From a bacterium (lineage in GTDB: Bacteria; Hinthialibacterota; Hinthialibacteria; Hinthialibacterales; Hinthialibacteraceae): DNA of 64,000 nucleotides. The notes under the pieces are model-generated. The model searched no databases. It was not told the origin of the DNA and saw only the letters and a program-made list of their open reading frames with translations. The stretch covers positions 101,674 through 165,673 of the forward strand of contig JBHGBC010000002.1 in NCBI GenBank assembly GCA_041946805.1, in the 5' to 3' direction. Made by a program: the position numbers and the translations under genes. The stretch's first letter is position 1; each line of letters opens with the position of its first letter. This document shows positions 7,006-17,005 of the stretch, piece by piece.

Positions 7006-9963
7006 TCAACGGCCCTGCTTGGTTTGCGAAAGTTTCTCGTTGGTGGTCCCGTCTTCTTCCGTGGCGGAATCCACGTGGTATTTGATCGTGGCCGCCGCGC
7101 TGACTTCCTCGATCCAGGCCTGAAAGGCGACCGCTTTCAGGCGTTGCTCCAATTGCTGGAGGCTGGGAATCTCGGCATCGGGCTTTTCCTGGGCCGCGGA
7201 CTTACCCAACACTTGTACGATATACGCGCCGGCCAGGCGGTCACGAACCCAGTGTTTGTTTTCATCCATGCGCTCCTGATAGATCTTCACGACGCCCGAG
7301 ATCTTGCCTGGTTCGAGTGCGAGCACGGTCTTGGTGAACGGCAGGGCGCGCCCGGCGATGCCCGGGACGAAGCCGTTGCCGGTGATCTCACTGGGGCCGC
7401 GGTACAAGGCTCCCTTGCCGGTGGGACGCTTGCTGTCCAGATCATCGTACTGCTTCAACGCGACGGCTTGCGTGGCGGAGACCGGCTGGGCGTTGACCAG
7501 GGCGTCCTGGATCATTTTCAACGTCTGCTCCGCGGACTGGATGGCCAGGTCACCGGCCATGAAGAGGCGGTAGTCTTCCTCGGCCTTTTCCCGGACCTCG
7601 GCGAGATCGGGGATGTAGGGCTCCTTGATCTCGTTGAGTTTCATGATGTAGTACGCCTGCACGGGCTGCTTGGCGGAAGGATTGGCCGGATTGGATTGCG
7701 GCGACACCGGAACCGGCAGGGAGACTTCGCCGACCTTTTGCAGATCGAACGCCGCATAGTTGAACGCGGGCTGTGGCCCGATGCCTTCGATGGGATCGGA
7801 CATCTTGAACAGAGGCGTCGTGCCCCAGGCGATATTCTGTTTCGCGGCGGCTTCGGGAAGGCTCAGGGCGTTGTCGATCACGAAATAGGCGAAGTTGTTG
7901 GCCTCGACGCGGGCCAAGGACTCGGCGCGGGACTGGACGTATTCCTTGACGGCGCGGTCCCGCACTTCCGCCAGTTCGGGCAGGTGTTCCGGCTCGCGGG
8001 CGGTCAGGCGGATAATATGAACGCCGTCTTGCATTTGGATGGGTCCGCCGGTTTCACCGACGTTGAGGGTAAAGGCGGTGCTGATCAGTTCCGTCGGGCG
8101 GGGGCCGAAGCCGGGCACGTACGAATCCTCCCGGCCGAAGAGGCCGGAGGTTTGAATCTCCAATCCCCGCTCCTTGGCGATGTCCTCGAGTTTCAGGGAT
8201 TCCTTCTTGATCCGGTCGAGATCGGCCTGGGCGAATTCCTTGACCAGAGAGGCCGCCTTGGTTTGCTTCAACTGCAGGACCACACGGCTCCGGGCTTCCT
8301 CCAGGGTCATGGGTGTGGCGGGTTGCCGCTCCAGGAATTCAATGACATAGAGATTTTCGCTGAATTCCCGCCCGGCGATCTGGACCGGCTTTTCGGCGTT
8401 GGTCTGGAAGGCGGCGGAAGAGAAGATCAGCCGGTCGCGGGTGGGAATGCCGGCGATGTCCTCCCCACGGGCGAACCAATCGGTGGTCTTGATTTCATAT
8501 TGTCCGGCGAGTTCGTCGAGCGATTTGACCGGGGCGGTCTTGGCCTGGAAAGCCTGGAAGGCATTCTGTTTTTGGATTGTGTCGCGGATTACGTTCTTCA
8601 CCGCCTCCAGGGGATCGGTGCCCTTCTGCTTGCGGTCCTCGACCAGGATCAGATGGTAGCCGTATTCGGTCTTGACCGGTTCGGAGATCTGTCCCAGGGG
8701 GAGTTCGAAGGCCGCTTTTTCGAACGCGGCGGTCATGCGGCCGCGGGGGAAGTAGCCCAGTTCCCCGCCCTGCACGGCGCTGCTGTCCTGGGAATATTTC
8801 TTGGCCGCGTCGGCGAAGGTGATTTTCCCGTCCGCAATTTCCTGGCGGATATCGAGTATGCGTTTCTTCACCGCCTCGGACTCCTCGGCCGTGGCTTCCG
8901 GGGTGACTTTCAACAGGATGTGGCTGGCCTTGGCCAAATCTTCCGGATGCTGGAAACGGGCCAGGTTGGTTTCATAGTACTGCTGGATGGCCTCGTCCGT
9001 GACGGCCTCCTGGCCGGCCATGGGCGCGAGGGGCTGCATGACATAGCGGACCCGGATCTTCTCCTGATGCTGGTAGGAGGCGAGGTTGTCATTGTAGTAT
9101 TTCTGGATTTCTTCCTCCGTGACCTGCGCCCGGTCGGCGAACTGCTTGGCGGTATAGGCGATGTGATCCACGCGGACGCGGTCGGGAATCCGGTAATTTT
9201 CCTGGTTTTCCTGGAAGAAACGGGTGAGCTGGGTCTCGCTGAAGGTGACGCCGTTGACGAAGGACGAAGGCAGGAACACGGCGTAATCGACGCGGCGCTG
9301 TTCAGGAATCTCGTACTGCTTTTTCCGCCCTTCGAAGAATTCCTTCAGTTTGCCTTCATCCACCTGGACATCCTGGGTATAGCGGCTGGGCTCGAAGGCC
9401 AGGTATTCGACCTGGATCTTCTGCTCTTCCTGGCTTTTGATCCGCTGGAGTTCCCCGGCGGACGGGAAAAGCGTCGAGGAGACAAAGGATTGGATTTTCA
9501 TCCGGGTGAGGTTGTCCCGTTGTTCCTCTTCAAACTGGATGGGATGGATGTTGTTGGACAGCAGGACATTGCGGTAACGGGCGGCGCTGAAGTTGCCGGC
9601 CTCGTCCTTGAAATACTCCATTTCGCGGATGGAGCGGGAGACTTCGCTGTCGGTGGTGTGCAAGCCGAGCTCCCGGGCCTTCTGCTCGTTCAACACGGAC
9701 ACGATAGCCCGGCGCATGGCCTGGGCATGGAGCTGATCGAAATCCAGGTCCTGGCCGAATTGTTGATACTGGCGCTGGAGGTTTTCGCGCAAGGCGGCGA
9801 GTTGCTGATCCGTGATCTGGTCTCCGTTGACGGTGGCGGCCCATTGGATCATGGCGGGTTTCTGGCATTCCCCGTAGCCGTACAGCACGATAAAGGATGG
9901 TATGACCAGCCACAGGGTGTAGGTCATGATGTCTTTCTTGTGCCGATTCATCCATTCAAACAT
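7006..9963 (-). CDS. ppiD: PpiD-like periplasmic chaperone/parvulin PPIase (elongated, 985 aa)
   Basis: N-terminal membrane anchor plus SurA_N-like region (ATVNGDQI), parvulin motifs ASHIL, FADAAKKYSQD, GGELG, SEPVKTEYGYHLI. Confidence 0.8.
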   Translation of the reverse strand: MFEWMNRHKKDIMTYTLWLVIPSFIVLYGYGECQKPAMIQWAATVNGDQITDQQLAALRENLQRQYQQFGQDLDFDQLHAQAMRRAIVSVLNEQKARELGLHTTDSEVSRSIREMEYFKDEAGNFSAARYRNVLLSNNIHPIQFEEEQRDNLTRMKIQSFVSSTLFPSAGELQRIKSQEEQKIQVEYLAFEPSRYTQDVQVDEGKLKEFFEGRKKQYEIPEQRRVDYAVFLPSSFVNGVTFSETQLTRFFQENQENYRIPDRVRVDHIAYTAKQFADRAQVTEEEIQKYYNDNLASYQHQEKIRVRYVMQPLAPMAGQEAVTDEAIQQYYETNLARFQHPEDLAKASHILLKVTPEATAEESEAVKKRILDIRQEIADGKITFADAAKKYSQDSSAVQGGELGYFPRGRMTAAFEKAAFELPLGQISEPVKTEYGYHLILVEDRKQKGTDPLEAVKNVIRDTIQKQNAFQAFQAKTAPVKSLDELAGQYEIKTTDWFARGEDIAGIPTRDRLIFSSAAFQTNAEKPVQIAGREFSENLYVIEFLERQPATPMTLEEARSRVVLQLKQTKAASLVKEFAQADLDRIKKESLKLEDIAKERGLEIQTSGLFGREDSYVPGFGPRPTELISTAFTLNVGETGGPIQMQDGVHIIRLTAREPEHLPELAEVRDRAVKEYVQSRAESLARVEANNFAYFVIDNALSLPEAAAKQNIAWGTTPLFKMSDPIEGIGPQPAFNYAAFDLQKVGEVSLPVPVSPQSNPANPSAKQPVQAYYIMKLNEIKEPYIPDLAEVREKAEEDYRLFMAGDLAIQSAEQTLKMIQDALVNAQPVSATQAVALKQYDDLDSKRPTGKGALYRGPSEITGNGFVPGIAGRALPFTKTVLALEPGKISGVVKIYQERMDENKHWVRDRLAGAYIVQVLGKSAAQEKPDAEIPSLQQLEQRLKAVAFQAWIEEVSAAATIKYHVDSATEEDGTTNEKLSQTKQGR

Positions 9964-10004
9964 GGAACGACGTCCTCCTCAAACGTTCGGTCTCTTCCTC
10001 CGCT

Positions 10005-12230
10005 TCAGGGGAGCGGCATTTCCACGCCGTTAGCCACCCGGCGTACACGGAATGCGGTATCCTTCCGAAAGGATGGAAGTGGAATATTCAAGCCTGTGCT
10101 GGTTGCCGCGAGCACCGTGGCGGAACCGGCCGTCCCCATGTAGGGATCAAACGGTTCCACGCGGAATTCACCCTCGCGGAGGGCCGGAAGGGTCAGCACC
10201 GTGGGTTCGGTGGGGCCGTACTCCGCGTACCGGGCAAGCATCGCGAATTGATGCGGCCGGTCATGCACCCACACCAGCACCCGGTCGGTGTTGCCGCGCG
10301 CGTAGGCCACGGCCCGCTCCACGAAATCTTCCAGCGTGTACGACTGGACCCGGAACCAATCCCGCCCTGGATTGAGCACCGCGATCGTGTGACTGCCCGC
10401 GGGGACGGGAACGGCGATCCGCCCTTCCTCGCCTGACATTGTAGAATCATTTTCCTGCGGCGCGAATGTCCGCCGGAAGACCTCGGCGCCGTCCAGTTCG
10501 AGGGCGCAGACCGCCCCGGCCGCCGCCGCCCGGTCGATTTGCAGAACAAACCGGGATGGCTGCTCCAGAACAAAGCGGAACAAGGGATTGGGCGCCATGT
10601 CGCGGTGGGCCGCGCCATGGACGAAATGGGTGCATTGCTCCAGGCCTTCCACGTTGCCATCGGATTGGATTATGAAGTAGCGGCGTTGCGAAGTCCCCCA
10701 GTCCACCAGGGGAATAAAGGTCAGATCGCTGCGGTTGGCCGGGAGGGGTTCGATCCGCGTTTCCATGGGCAGGAGATTTTCCTTGTCCCAATGAATCCCC
10801 TCCACATAATTGGCCACGGCCCGGAAATGAGGATACAAATTGTAAGGCCGGACCCAATTGTCCCACCACCAGGTCATGGCGGTTCCCGCGTCATACGAAT
10901 GGACCGAGGCCCAAAGTTGGTTGTGAAGAATCACGCCTTCCTGGTCGCCGGTGTTGGGGCCGCGCCAATCGTAGGACATTTCCCCAAAAAAGTGGGGGAG
11001 GCGGGGATAAGCCTCGCGCCGCTGGCGGGAAGTGGTCAACTGGGTACCGATGATATTTTGCACATACGCATGGGACTGCAGGTAATCCAGACCCTGGACG
11101 TCGTAAAGTTCCGGCCGGTTGCTGGAGGTGCTAGTCGTCCTCAGGTGGTCGTAGGGATCGAGGCGGTGGAGATACTCCGCCATTTCCTCGTGCCATTGTT
11201 TCACGGTGGCGGCGTTGTAGCGGTGGGTGAGGTCCACTTCGTTCCAAAATTCCCACGCCAGCAAGTGCGTGTTGTATCCCCAGCGGGCCACCAGGTACCG
11301 CAACCGGTCGCGGTAGTGGCGCTTGGCTTCTTCGTTGGTGAAGAATTGCTCGGGCGATTCCAGAAATCCGCCGTTCTTGACGTTGTACGGATTCTCGTCC
11401 CACACCGGATTGGTGTCGATGGAATACTGGCCGTGGTGATTGATGACCCACTGAATAAAAATGCCCCGTTTTTGGGCTTCTTGAAAGATGCCGTCATTCA
11501 CGCGGGCGTTTTCGAGGTCATATTGCTGGTAACCGTGGTAGCGCCCGTTCTGCGGGGTCCAGACCAATTCGGTCATGCCCCAGGAGCACATCCAGATCCG
11601 GATCCAGTTCACGCCGGACAGCTGGCATTCATCCAGGTATCCGGTCCAGGTTTTCAGGTTGGACGAACCGCCCCAGCGTACCCAGCCCAGATTCTCGCCC
11701 ACGGGAAAATAGGAATCCCCGTTGTCGAACACAAAATGCCGGGACGTGTTTTTCCCCACCCGGACAAAGCCCGGTTCCGCGCCCGGTTCCATCTGAAACC
11801 GGCCCGCCGCCGCTTCGGTTTGGACGGCCGGGGTTTTGGCTATCACCCGATAAGAATACTCGCCGGGCCGGGAGGGGGTGAAGCGCAATTTCCAGCCCGC
11901 CGCGCCATCGAAAAAGCAAGGAACCGTGAGGATGGAGCCATCCGGCGTCCGTATTTCGGCATCCACCTGGATGCTGGAGGAATCAAAGGGATTGTCGTAC
12001 TCCAGAGTGACCGCGAAGGAGGTTTCGAACAAACCATACGCGGGAATCCTTACCGGGGAAGGCGCGGTTGTTTCGGAAAAAGCGGAATCGGCCGTTCCCA
12101 GCCAGACGGCCAGCAGGAGGACGGGAATCCCCACGGGGATCATCCACAACCGGCTGGGAGTTATCGAAATCCGATCGCTCCACCGGAATCGCCTGATCGA
12201 GTTCATTTCCTTCTCCATGGATAGAGGCAC
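10005..12230 (-). CDS. secreted glycoside hydrolase (DUF5060-like N-terminal domain plus clan GH-A TIM barrel)
   Basis: Signal/TM segment, YDNPFD, W.LRFTP..PGEY, YLVARWG, WEFWNE acid/base motif, FGE nucleophile. Confidence 0.7.
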   Translation of the reverse strand: MPLSMEKEMNSIRRFRWSDRISITPSRLWMIPVGIPVLLLAVWLGTADSAFSETTAPSPVRIPAYGLFETSFAVTLEYDNPFDSSSIQVDAEIRTPDGSILTVPCFFDGAAGWKLRFTPSRPGEYSYRVIAKTPAVQTEAAAGRFQMEPGAEPGFVRVGKNTSRHFVFDNGDSYFPVGENLGWVRWGGSSNLKTWTGYLDECQLSGVNWIRIWMCSWGMTELVWTPQNGRYHGYQQYDLENARVNDGIFQEAQKRGIFIQWVINHHGQYSIDTNPVWDENPYNVKNGGFLESPEQFFTNEEAKRHYRDRLRYLVARWGYNTHLLAWEFWNEVDLTHRYNAATVKQWHEEMAEYLHRLDPYDHLRTTSTSSNRPELYDVQGLDYLQSHAYVQNIIGTQLTTSRQRREAYPRLPHFFGEMSYDWRGPNTGDQEGVILHNQLWASVHSYDAGTAMTWWWDNWVRPYNLYPHFRAVANYVEGIHWDKENLLPMETRIEPLPANRSDLTFIPLVDWGTSQRRYFIIQSDGNVEGLEQCTHFVHGAAHRDMAPNPLFRFVLEQPSRFVLQIDRAAAAGAVCALELDGAEVFRRTFAPQENDSTMSGEEGRIAVPVPAGSHTIAVLNPGRDWFRVQSYTLEDFVERAVAYARGNTDRVLVWVHDRPHQFAMLARYAEYGPTEPTVLTLPALREGEFRVEPFDPYMGTAGSATVLAATSTGLNIPLPSFRKDTAFRVRRVANGVEMPLP

Positions 12231-12360
12231 AAGAAATTAAATATACCATCGAGCCGGAGAAGCGGCTAGGAGCGGAGGAGGGGGGCATCCCCAAAGTCGT
12301 TGTTGGAAGCGGAGGGTTGTTTGAATCAAATCGGAAAGGGAACACGAGAAGGGAGGTTTT

Positions 12361-12392
12361 CCCTCACCCCGGCCCTCTCGGGGGGGAGAGGG
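12361..12392 (+). repeat. REP-like palindrome, CCCTCACCC family
   Basis: CCCTCACCCCGGCCCTCTCGGGGGGGAGAGGG. Confidence 0.7.
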
Positions 12393-12427
12393 AGGTGAAA
12401 AGCAAGGGGCTCGGCGGGGGGCGAGGA

Positions 12428-13294
12428 TCAGCGGGAGCGGATGTTTTTTTTCCATTCCTGGGCTTCGGCGAGAAACTGGAGAATGGCCGCTTCGTCCCCG
12501 TGGTCCAGCCAGGAGAGGAAATCGGCGATCCACCGCTGCAAAACCAGAAGCGAATCGCGCAGGGATTCGCGGTTTTCCATGCAGATATCCAGCCACAGGC
12601 CGGGATCGCCCCCGGCGACACGGGTAGTGTCGCGGAAGCCTCTGCCCAGCAGGGCTTCGATGGATTTCCCCTTTCCCATCGCGGCGTGACACAGGGCGGC
12701 GGCGGCGATATGGGGCAGATGGCTGGAAAAGGCCAGGAAGTGGTCGTGTTCCCCGGGATCCATGTGGATGACTTTCATGCCAAGAAACCGCCATAAACCG
12801 GTAATGGCTTCTAGGGCCGGCGGATGCGAGCGGCCGGTCGCGGTGACGACGCAAACCTTGTTGTGAAAGAGATTGGCTTTGGCGGCCTGGACGCCGGTTT
12901 GGTGCGATCCCGCGATGGGATGCGAGCCGATGAACCAGACGGCGTCTTCAGCGAGTTCCTCGCATTGGCGGACCAGGCCGGCCTTGGTGCTGCCGACGTC
13001 GGTGACCAGGGCCTGGGGCGCCAGGGAAGGCAACGCGGTCCGCAGCGCGGCGGGGACAAGCCGGACCGGCGTGCAGATCACCAGGGCGTCGAGGGGTGGA
13101 TCGATGACCGCGGAACCCAGCGCGTACTGATCGATGGCCCCCCGGCGGAGCGCCGCGGCCAGCCGTTCCTCGGACCGTCCGATGCCGGTGATCTGGATGT
13201 CCGGCGCGCGGGATTTGAGCGCCAAGCCCAGCGAACCTCCCAAGAGGCCCACTCCCACGATGCCCAGGCGTTGAAAGGGAAGTTGTGAATTCAC
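12428..13294 (-). CDS. tyrA: prephenate/arogenate dehydrogenase
   Basis: GVGLLGGS Rossmann, DVGSTK, HPIAG, SHLPH and DTTRVA motifs. Confidence 0.93.
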   Translation of the reverse strand: MNSQLPFQRLGIVGVGLLGGSLGLALKSRAPDIQITGIGRSEERLAAALRRGAIDQYALGSAVIDPPLDALVICTPVRLVPAALRTALPSLAPQALVTDVGSTKAGLVRQCEELAEDAVWFIGSHPIAGSHQTGVQAAKANLFHNKVCVVTATGRSHPPALEAITGLWRFLGMKVIHMDPGEHDHFLAFSSHLPHIAAAALCHAAMGKGKSIEALLGRGFRDTTRVAGGDPGLWLDICMENRESLRDSLLVLQRWIADFLSWLDHGDEAAILQFLAEAQEWKKNIRSR

Positions 13295-13308
13295 GCTTCG
13301 CCTTTCCC

Positions 13309-14457
13309 TCAGGCCGGTTTGAGTTCCGAGGCGGTGACCCGCGATTGCGGATAGGAGCCCAGGATTTTCACATAGAGGCTGCTGGATTTGATTTCCTCCA
13401 CGGCCCGCTTGAGGTTGTCATCCTCGAAATGGCCCTGGCATTCGAGAAAGAACATGTATTGCCAGGCTTCCTGCTTGGTGGGGCGGGACTGGATGTTGGT
13501 CAGGTTGATCCCGCGGTTCTTGAAGGGTTCGAGCATGGAGAACAGCGCGCCCACCTGGTCGCGCAGGAAGATCACCATGGACGTTTTGTCGTCGCCGCTG
13601 GGGGGCACCTGGTTCACGCCGAGGACGAAAAACCGGGTGGTGTTGCCGGCGAAATCCTCGATGCCGCGCACCTGGATGGGGACATCCAGCATTTCGGCGG
13701 CCAGATCGCTGCCCACGCCGGCCGCCCGGCGGTCTTGCAGGCAGCAGCGGATGCCCTCGGTGGTGCTGGACGAGTCGATGAGGCGGGCCTTGGGGAGATT
13801 CGATTCCAGCCAGTTCCGGCATTGGGCCAGGGCCTGGGGATGGGAATAGACCTTCTCGATTTCATGCAGCTCGGAAAAACTGACGAGATTGTGGCGGATG
13901 GGCAGGAAGACCTCGCCGGTGACACGGACATTCGAATGGGCGAGGAAATCGATGGTCTGGGCGACGCTGCCCTCGATGGAGTTCTCGATGGCCACGATGC
14001 CGTAATGGACCCGGCGGCATTCCACCTCTTGAAAGACGGCGCGAAGGGTTTCCATGGGGATGAACCGGGCGGACCGGCCGAAATGCGATTGCGCGGCGGA
14101 ATGATGAAACGTCCCCTCGGGACCCAGGTAGGCGATGCAGAGATTGGTTTCGAGGGCGCGGCAGGCGCTGATGATTTCCCGAAACACGGCCTCCACGGCT
14201 TCGTCGGGCAAGGGGCCGGAATTGAGCCCGCGGACGCGTTTCAAAATTTCCTTTTCCCGCGAGGGGATGTAATATTCGGCATCGAAACGGTTCTTGATCT
14301 TGCCCACGTCCTGGGCCAAACGCGCCCGTTCGTTGAAAAGCGCGAGCAGCCGGCTGTCGATGCCGTCGATCGCCTGGCGCAACGCGGCCAAATTGTCCGG
14401 GAGTTCCCCGGCGGGGGAATCGTGATCCTTCAATCGAGTCTCTTCCATGCGCGCCAC
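13309..14457 (-). CDS. pheA: bifunctional chorismate mutase/prephenate dehydratase
   Basis: AroQ domain (LRQAIDGID), YLGPEGTF, ENSIEG, SHPQAL.QC, NTTRF, ACT domain (IQSRP). Confidence 0.95.
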   Translation of the reverse strand: MARMEETRLKDHDSPAGELPDNLAALRQAIDGIDSRLLALFNERARLAQDVGKIKNRFDAEYYIPSREKEILKRVRGLNSGPLPDEAVEAVFREIISACRALETNLCIAYLGPEGTFHHSAAQSHFGRSARFIPMETLRAVFQEVECRRVHYGIVAIENSIEGSVAQTIDFLAHSNVRVTGEVFLPIRHNLVSFSELHEIEKVYSHPQALAQCRNWLESNLPKARLIDSSSTTEGIRCCLQDRRAAGVGSDLAAEMLDVPIQVRGIEDFAGNTTRFFVLGVNQVPPSGDDKTSMVIFLRDQVGALFSMLEPFKNRGINLTNIQSRPTKQEAWQYMFFLECQGHFEDDNLKRAVEEIKSSSLYVKILGSYPQSRVTASELKPA

Positions 14458-14583
14458 TCCACGCTACGCTCCGGGCGGGATTCATCGCCGGTCCCGCGGC
14501 GGCCGGCGGGCGGTCCGGTGATAATCGAACGTTGGCATCAGGGATTGGTGGATACGGGCCGGGGAGTGGGCGGCCAATCCGGA

Positions 14584-15039
14584 TTATTGAAGGAGGTAGC
14601 TCATGGAAGGGGAATCTTCTCCCGGCCAGGCGTCTCCTCCCAGGATTTGGTTCACCAGGTATTGAATCTCACCCACGTCCACTTCGGAGGTATCCAAGAA
14701 GAACGCCCGTTCGACGACATCTTCCCGTTGCTCGGGAGTCAGGACGCCTTCTTTCACGAGGGTTATTAAATAGCCCCGCGCCGCGATTGTCAATTTCATG
14801 CGTTCCAGGAACTGATAGATCTGGTTGGTGCGGAGCGGAAAGGAGATGGAAGGCCCGTCCTCGACGCGGGAGCGGATGCGATTGGCGACTTCAAAGGCGA
14901 TATCGATTTCGTGATCCTTGAATCCACGGCCTTCCAATTGCTCGGTCAACTCGCTGCGGAGCAGTCCCCAGTCGTCGTCATCGCTTTCCAGGGTTTTCGC
15001 CAGGATGTAGCTGACCATTTCAATCAAACGTGAGAGCAT
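14584..15039 (-). CDS. smg: Smg/DUF494 family protein
   Basis: About 150 aa, L..RGF...EI..AF, E..KL...ARGYL..L, QRE.VVERA; start chosen after GGAG RBS. Confidence 0.7.
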   Translation of the reverse strand: MLSRLIEMVSYILAKTLESDDDDWGLLRSELTEQLEGRGFKDHEIDIAFEVANRIRSRVEDGPSISFPLRTNQIYQFLERMKLTIAARGYLITLVKEGVLTPEQREDVVERAFFLDTSEVDVGEIQYLVNQILGGDAWPGEDSPSMSYLLQ

Positions 15040-15276
15040 AGTGTCTCCAGACCATTCTTGCACGGTGTTCCCGCGTTGAAAAATATGGAACGCGAGGCGG
15101 CTCGCTTTCCCCCGCCATTCCTCCTCCCCATCATCATATCACAAAATACATTCCCCTATTGAGGGAGAAGTATAGAATCAACTCCCGCGGATGGCTAGCG
15201 GAAAAACGGGTAAATTGGAGGAGGTCTGGCTCCGCCCAAAAGAAGGAGGAATCGGCCACCGGCCCGCGCCGGATGG

Positions 15277-15304
15277 TTGACAAATCGCGAACGCTAATTA
15301 CTAT
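15277..15304 (+). promoter_or_regulatory. sigma70 promoter for tRNA-Lys
   Basis: TTGACA (15277-15282), 16 nt, TACTAT (15299-15304). Confidence 0.55.
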
Positions 15305-15351
15305 TATCACCTGTTTGCGCCACTACACGCTCCTTGACGGGAAAAACACAC

Positions 15352-15424
15352 GGGCCATTAGCTCAACCGGTAGAGCATCCGACTCTTAATCGGCAGGTTG
15401 AAGGTTCGATTCCTTCATGGCCCA
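15352..15424 (+). tRNA. tRNA-Lys(CTT), CCA not encoded
   Basis: Acceptor GGGCCAT/ATGGCCC, D arm GCTC/GAGC, anticodon loop CTCTTAA, T arm GAAGG-TTCGATT-CCTTC, discriminator A. Confidence 0.95.
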
Positions 15425-15849
15425 TTTCCCCCTCTTCCTCCCTTCCTGGTCTTCGCTTACCAACCGGCAGGTAATGCCGTTCCGATGCAGGCTGGATGCC
15501 GCGGGCCAACCCCGGAGGCGGGAAACGATCTCCTTGCGGCTCATCCCGCCTGCGTATCACGAATGCTGAACATGGCATTCCCTCCCCTTTCTGATACGGA
15601 TGAACACGAAGGTCCTGCCCGGCCAGAGTCCCTCACCCAAATCCACGTCCCGGGAGAGAGGGGATGATTTACTTTTGTCTCACCCACCCCAGAGCACATG
15701 CCATGAGATTTACTCATGCAGGACCGTTGGCGCTCAAAAAAACAACGCGGTATACGTAAATCAGTTCCGGAAGCCGATCCGGGAGAGGTGCTCAGGCCAC
15801 ACGGCATGAGAAAGGCCGGCAGGATGCTTGGACCACTATTATTGGAGTG

Positions 15850-15888
15850 GAGGAGTATCGCATGAGGAGTATCGCATGAGGAGTATCG
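15850..15888. repeat. 14-bp tandem repeat (about 2.8 copies)
   Basis: GAGGAGTATCGCAT x2 plus GAGGAGTATCG. Confidence 0.85.
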
Positions 15889-15927
15889 GAGGATTCCACG
15901 TTGCGCGCCAATCCACCCTCCCGCGCT

Positions 15928-16737
15928 TTATCCGGGATTTTGGGCCACTCCCTTGAAGAAAGTATAGCAGAACACGCCGTCCGGAGGCGTGGCGGTCCGC
16001 CACAGGGCCTGGATGCCCCGCTCCCAACGTGCAGGATCCGACAGCCCCATGGCCAGCGCCCGTTCGCGCACGCCTTCCACCATCGCGATGATGGTTTTGA
16101 CCGTGAAGTATTCCACCCACCGCGGGCGGCTCGCGTCGGCGTAGATGAAGCGCGGCGAGACCTGGGGTGTCTCGAAGCCTGCTTCACACAGCAAGGGATA
16201 CAGCCGCCGGCCGATGAGCGAATCACCCCCCAGCCGCGCCTGCGCCTCGATCAGGCAGTTCCACACATGCCCGGCTTCCTGGCTGCGCGGGTGGAAGAAG
16301 CACGAGCCGTGATCGCCCTCGATCACCGTGATCGTCCCGCCGGGTTTCAAGACCGCTTTCAATTGCCTCAGCGCGCCCACGGGTTCCGCCAGGTGTTCGA
16401 GCACGAAACACACGAACACGTGATCGAACACGCCATGGCCAAAGGGCAGATGAAAGAGATCGGCCTGGAGTAAATCGGGGAGCGGTCCCTTCATGTCCCG
16501 CAATGTGGCCCGGGCCAGCCGCAATGAATCCAGCGAGAGGTCCAACGTGGTCAGCGAGATCTCCGGGCTGCCCGCCAGCAGATGGACGGTTTGCGCGCCC
16601 ACGCCGCAGCCCGCTTCCAGCACGCGTTCCCGGGGGGCGTAGCGGGTGTCATGATGCAGCAGATCGCTCAGGATGAACGACTGGTCGCGCAGCCGCCGCG
16701 TTTCCGGGCCGGAATAGCCGTGGACATAGGTGCTCAT
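15928..16737 (-). CDS. class I SAM-dependent methyltransferase
   Basis: YVHGYS..E..RL.DQ N-terminus, VLEAGCGVG, FDHVFVCFVLEH, LKPGG. Confidence 0.88.
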   Translation of the reverse strand: MSTYVHGYSGPETRRLRDQSFILSDLLHHDTRYAPRERVLEAGCGVGAQTVHLLAGSPEISLTTLDLSLDSLRLARATLRDMKGPLPDLLQADLFHLPFGHGVFDHVFVCFVLEHLAEPVGALRQLKAVLKPGGTITVIEGDHGSCFFHPRSQEAGHVWNCLIEAQARLGGDSLIGRRLYPLLCEAGFETPQVSPRFIYADASRPRWVEYFTVKTIIAMVEGVRERALAMGLSDPARWERGIQALWRTATPPDGVFCYTFFKGVAQNPG

Positions 16738-16847
16738 GAACGGGGCGTCCTTCGTTCGGTTGAATTCGTCCATGGGATCCATGAAAACCAATCGGTGATT
16801 TCATCCCCGATCGCACGGATGATACGCATCCTGCCCTTTCAGGATTA

Positions 16848-16880
16848 CCCTCACCCTAGCCCTCTCCCAGAGGGAGAGGG
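16848..16880 (+). repeat. REP-like palindrome, CCCTCACCC family
   Basis: CCCTCACCCTAGCCCTCTCCCAGAGGGAGAGGG, identical to reverse complement of 139-171. Confidence 0.85.
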
Positions 16881-17005
16881 AATTCATGGCTCGGACCGGC
16901 ATTTGTCCCAGGGCTAAAAGCCCTGGGCTAGTTTAAACACACCGCCGGCGTTTGAAAACCAGACCGCATTCCTGGAAATCATTTGTTAACATGTCGAAAT
17001 AGACC

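Noticed and set aside
7024..10143. 1039-aa plus-strand ORF
   Set aside because: Antisense shadow of ppiD caused by GC-rich codon bias; no recognisable motifs
15425..15930. Possible tRNA-anchored genomic island after tRNA-Lys
   Set aside because: No integrase and no duplicated tRNA 3-prime end seen in the window; only hairpins and REP-like remnants
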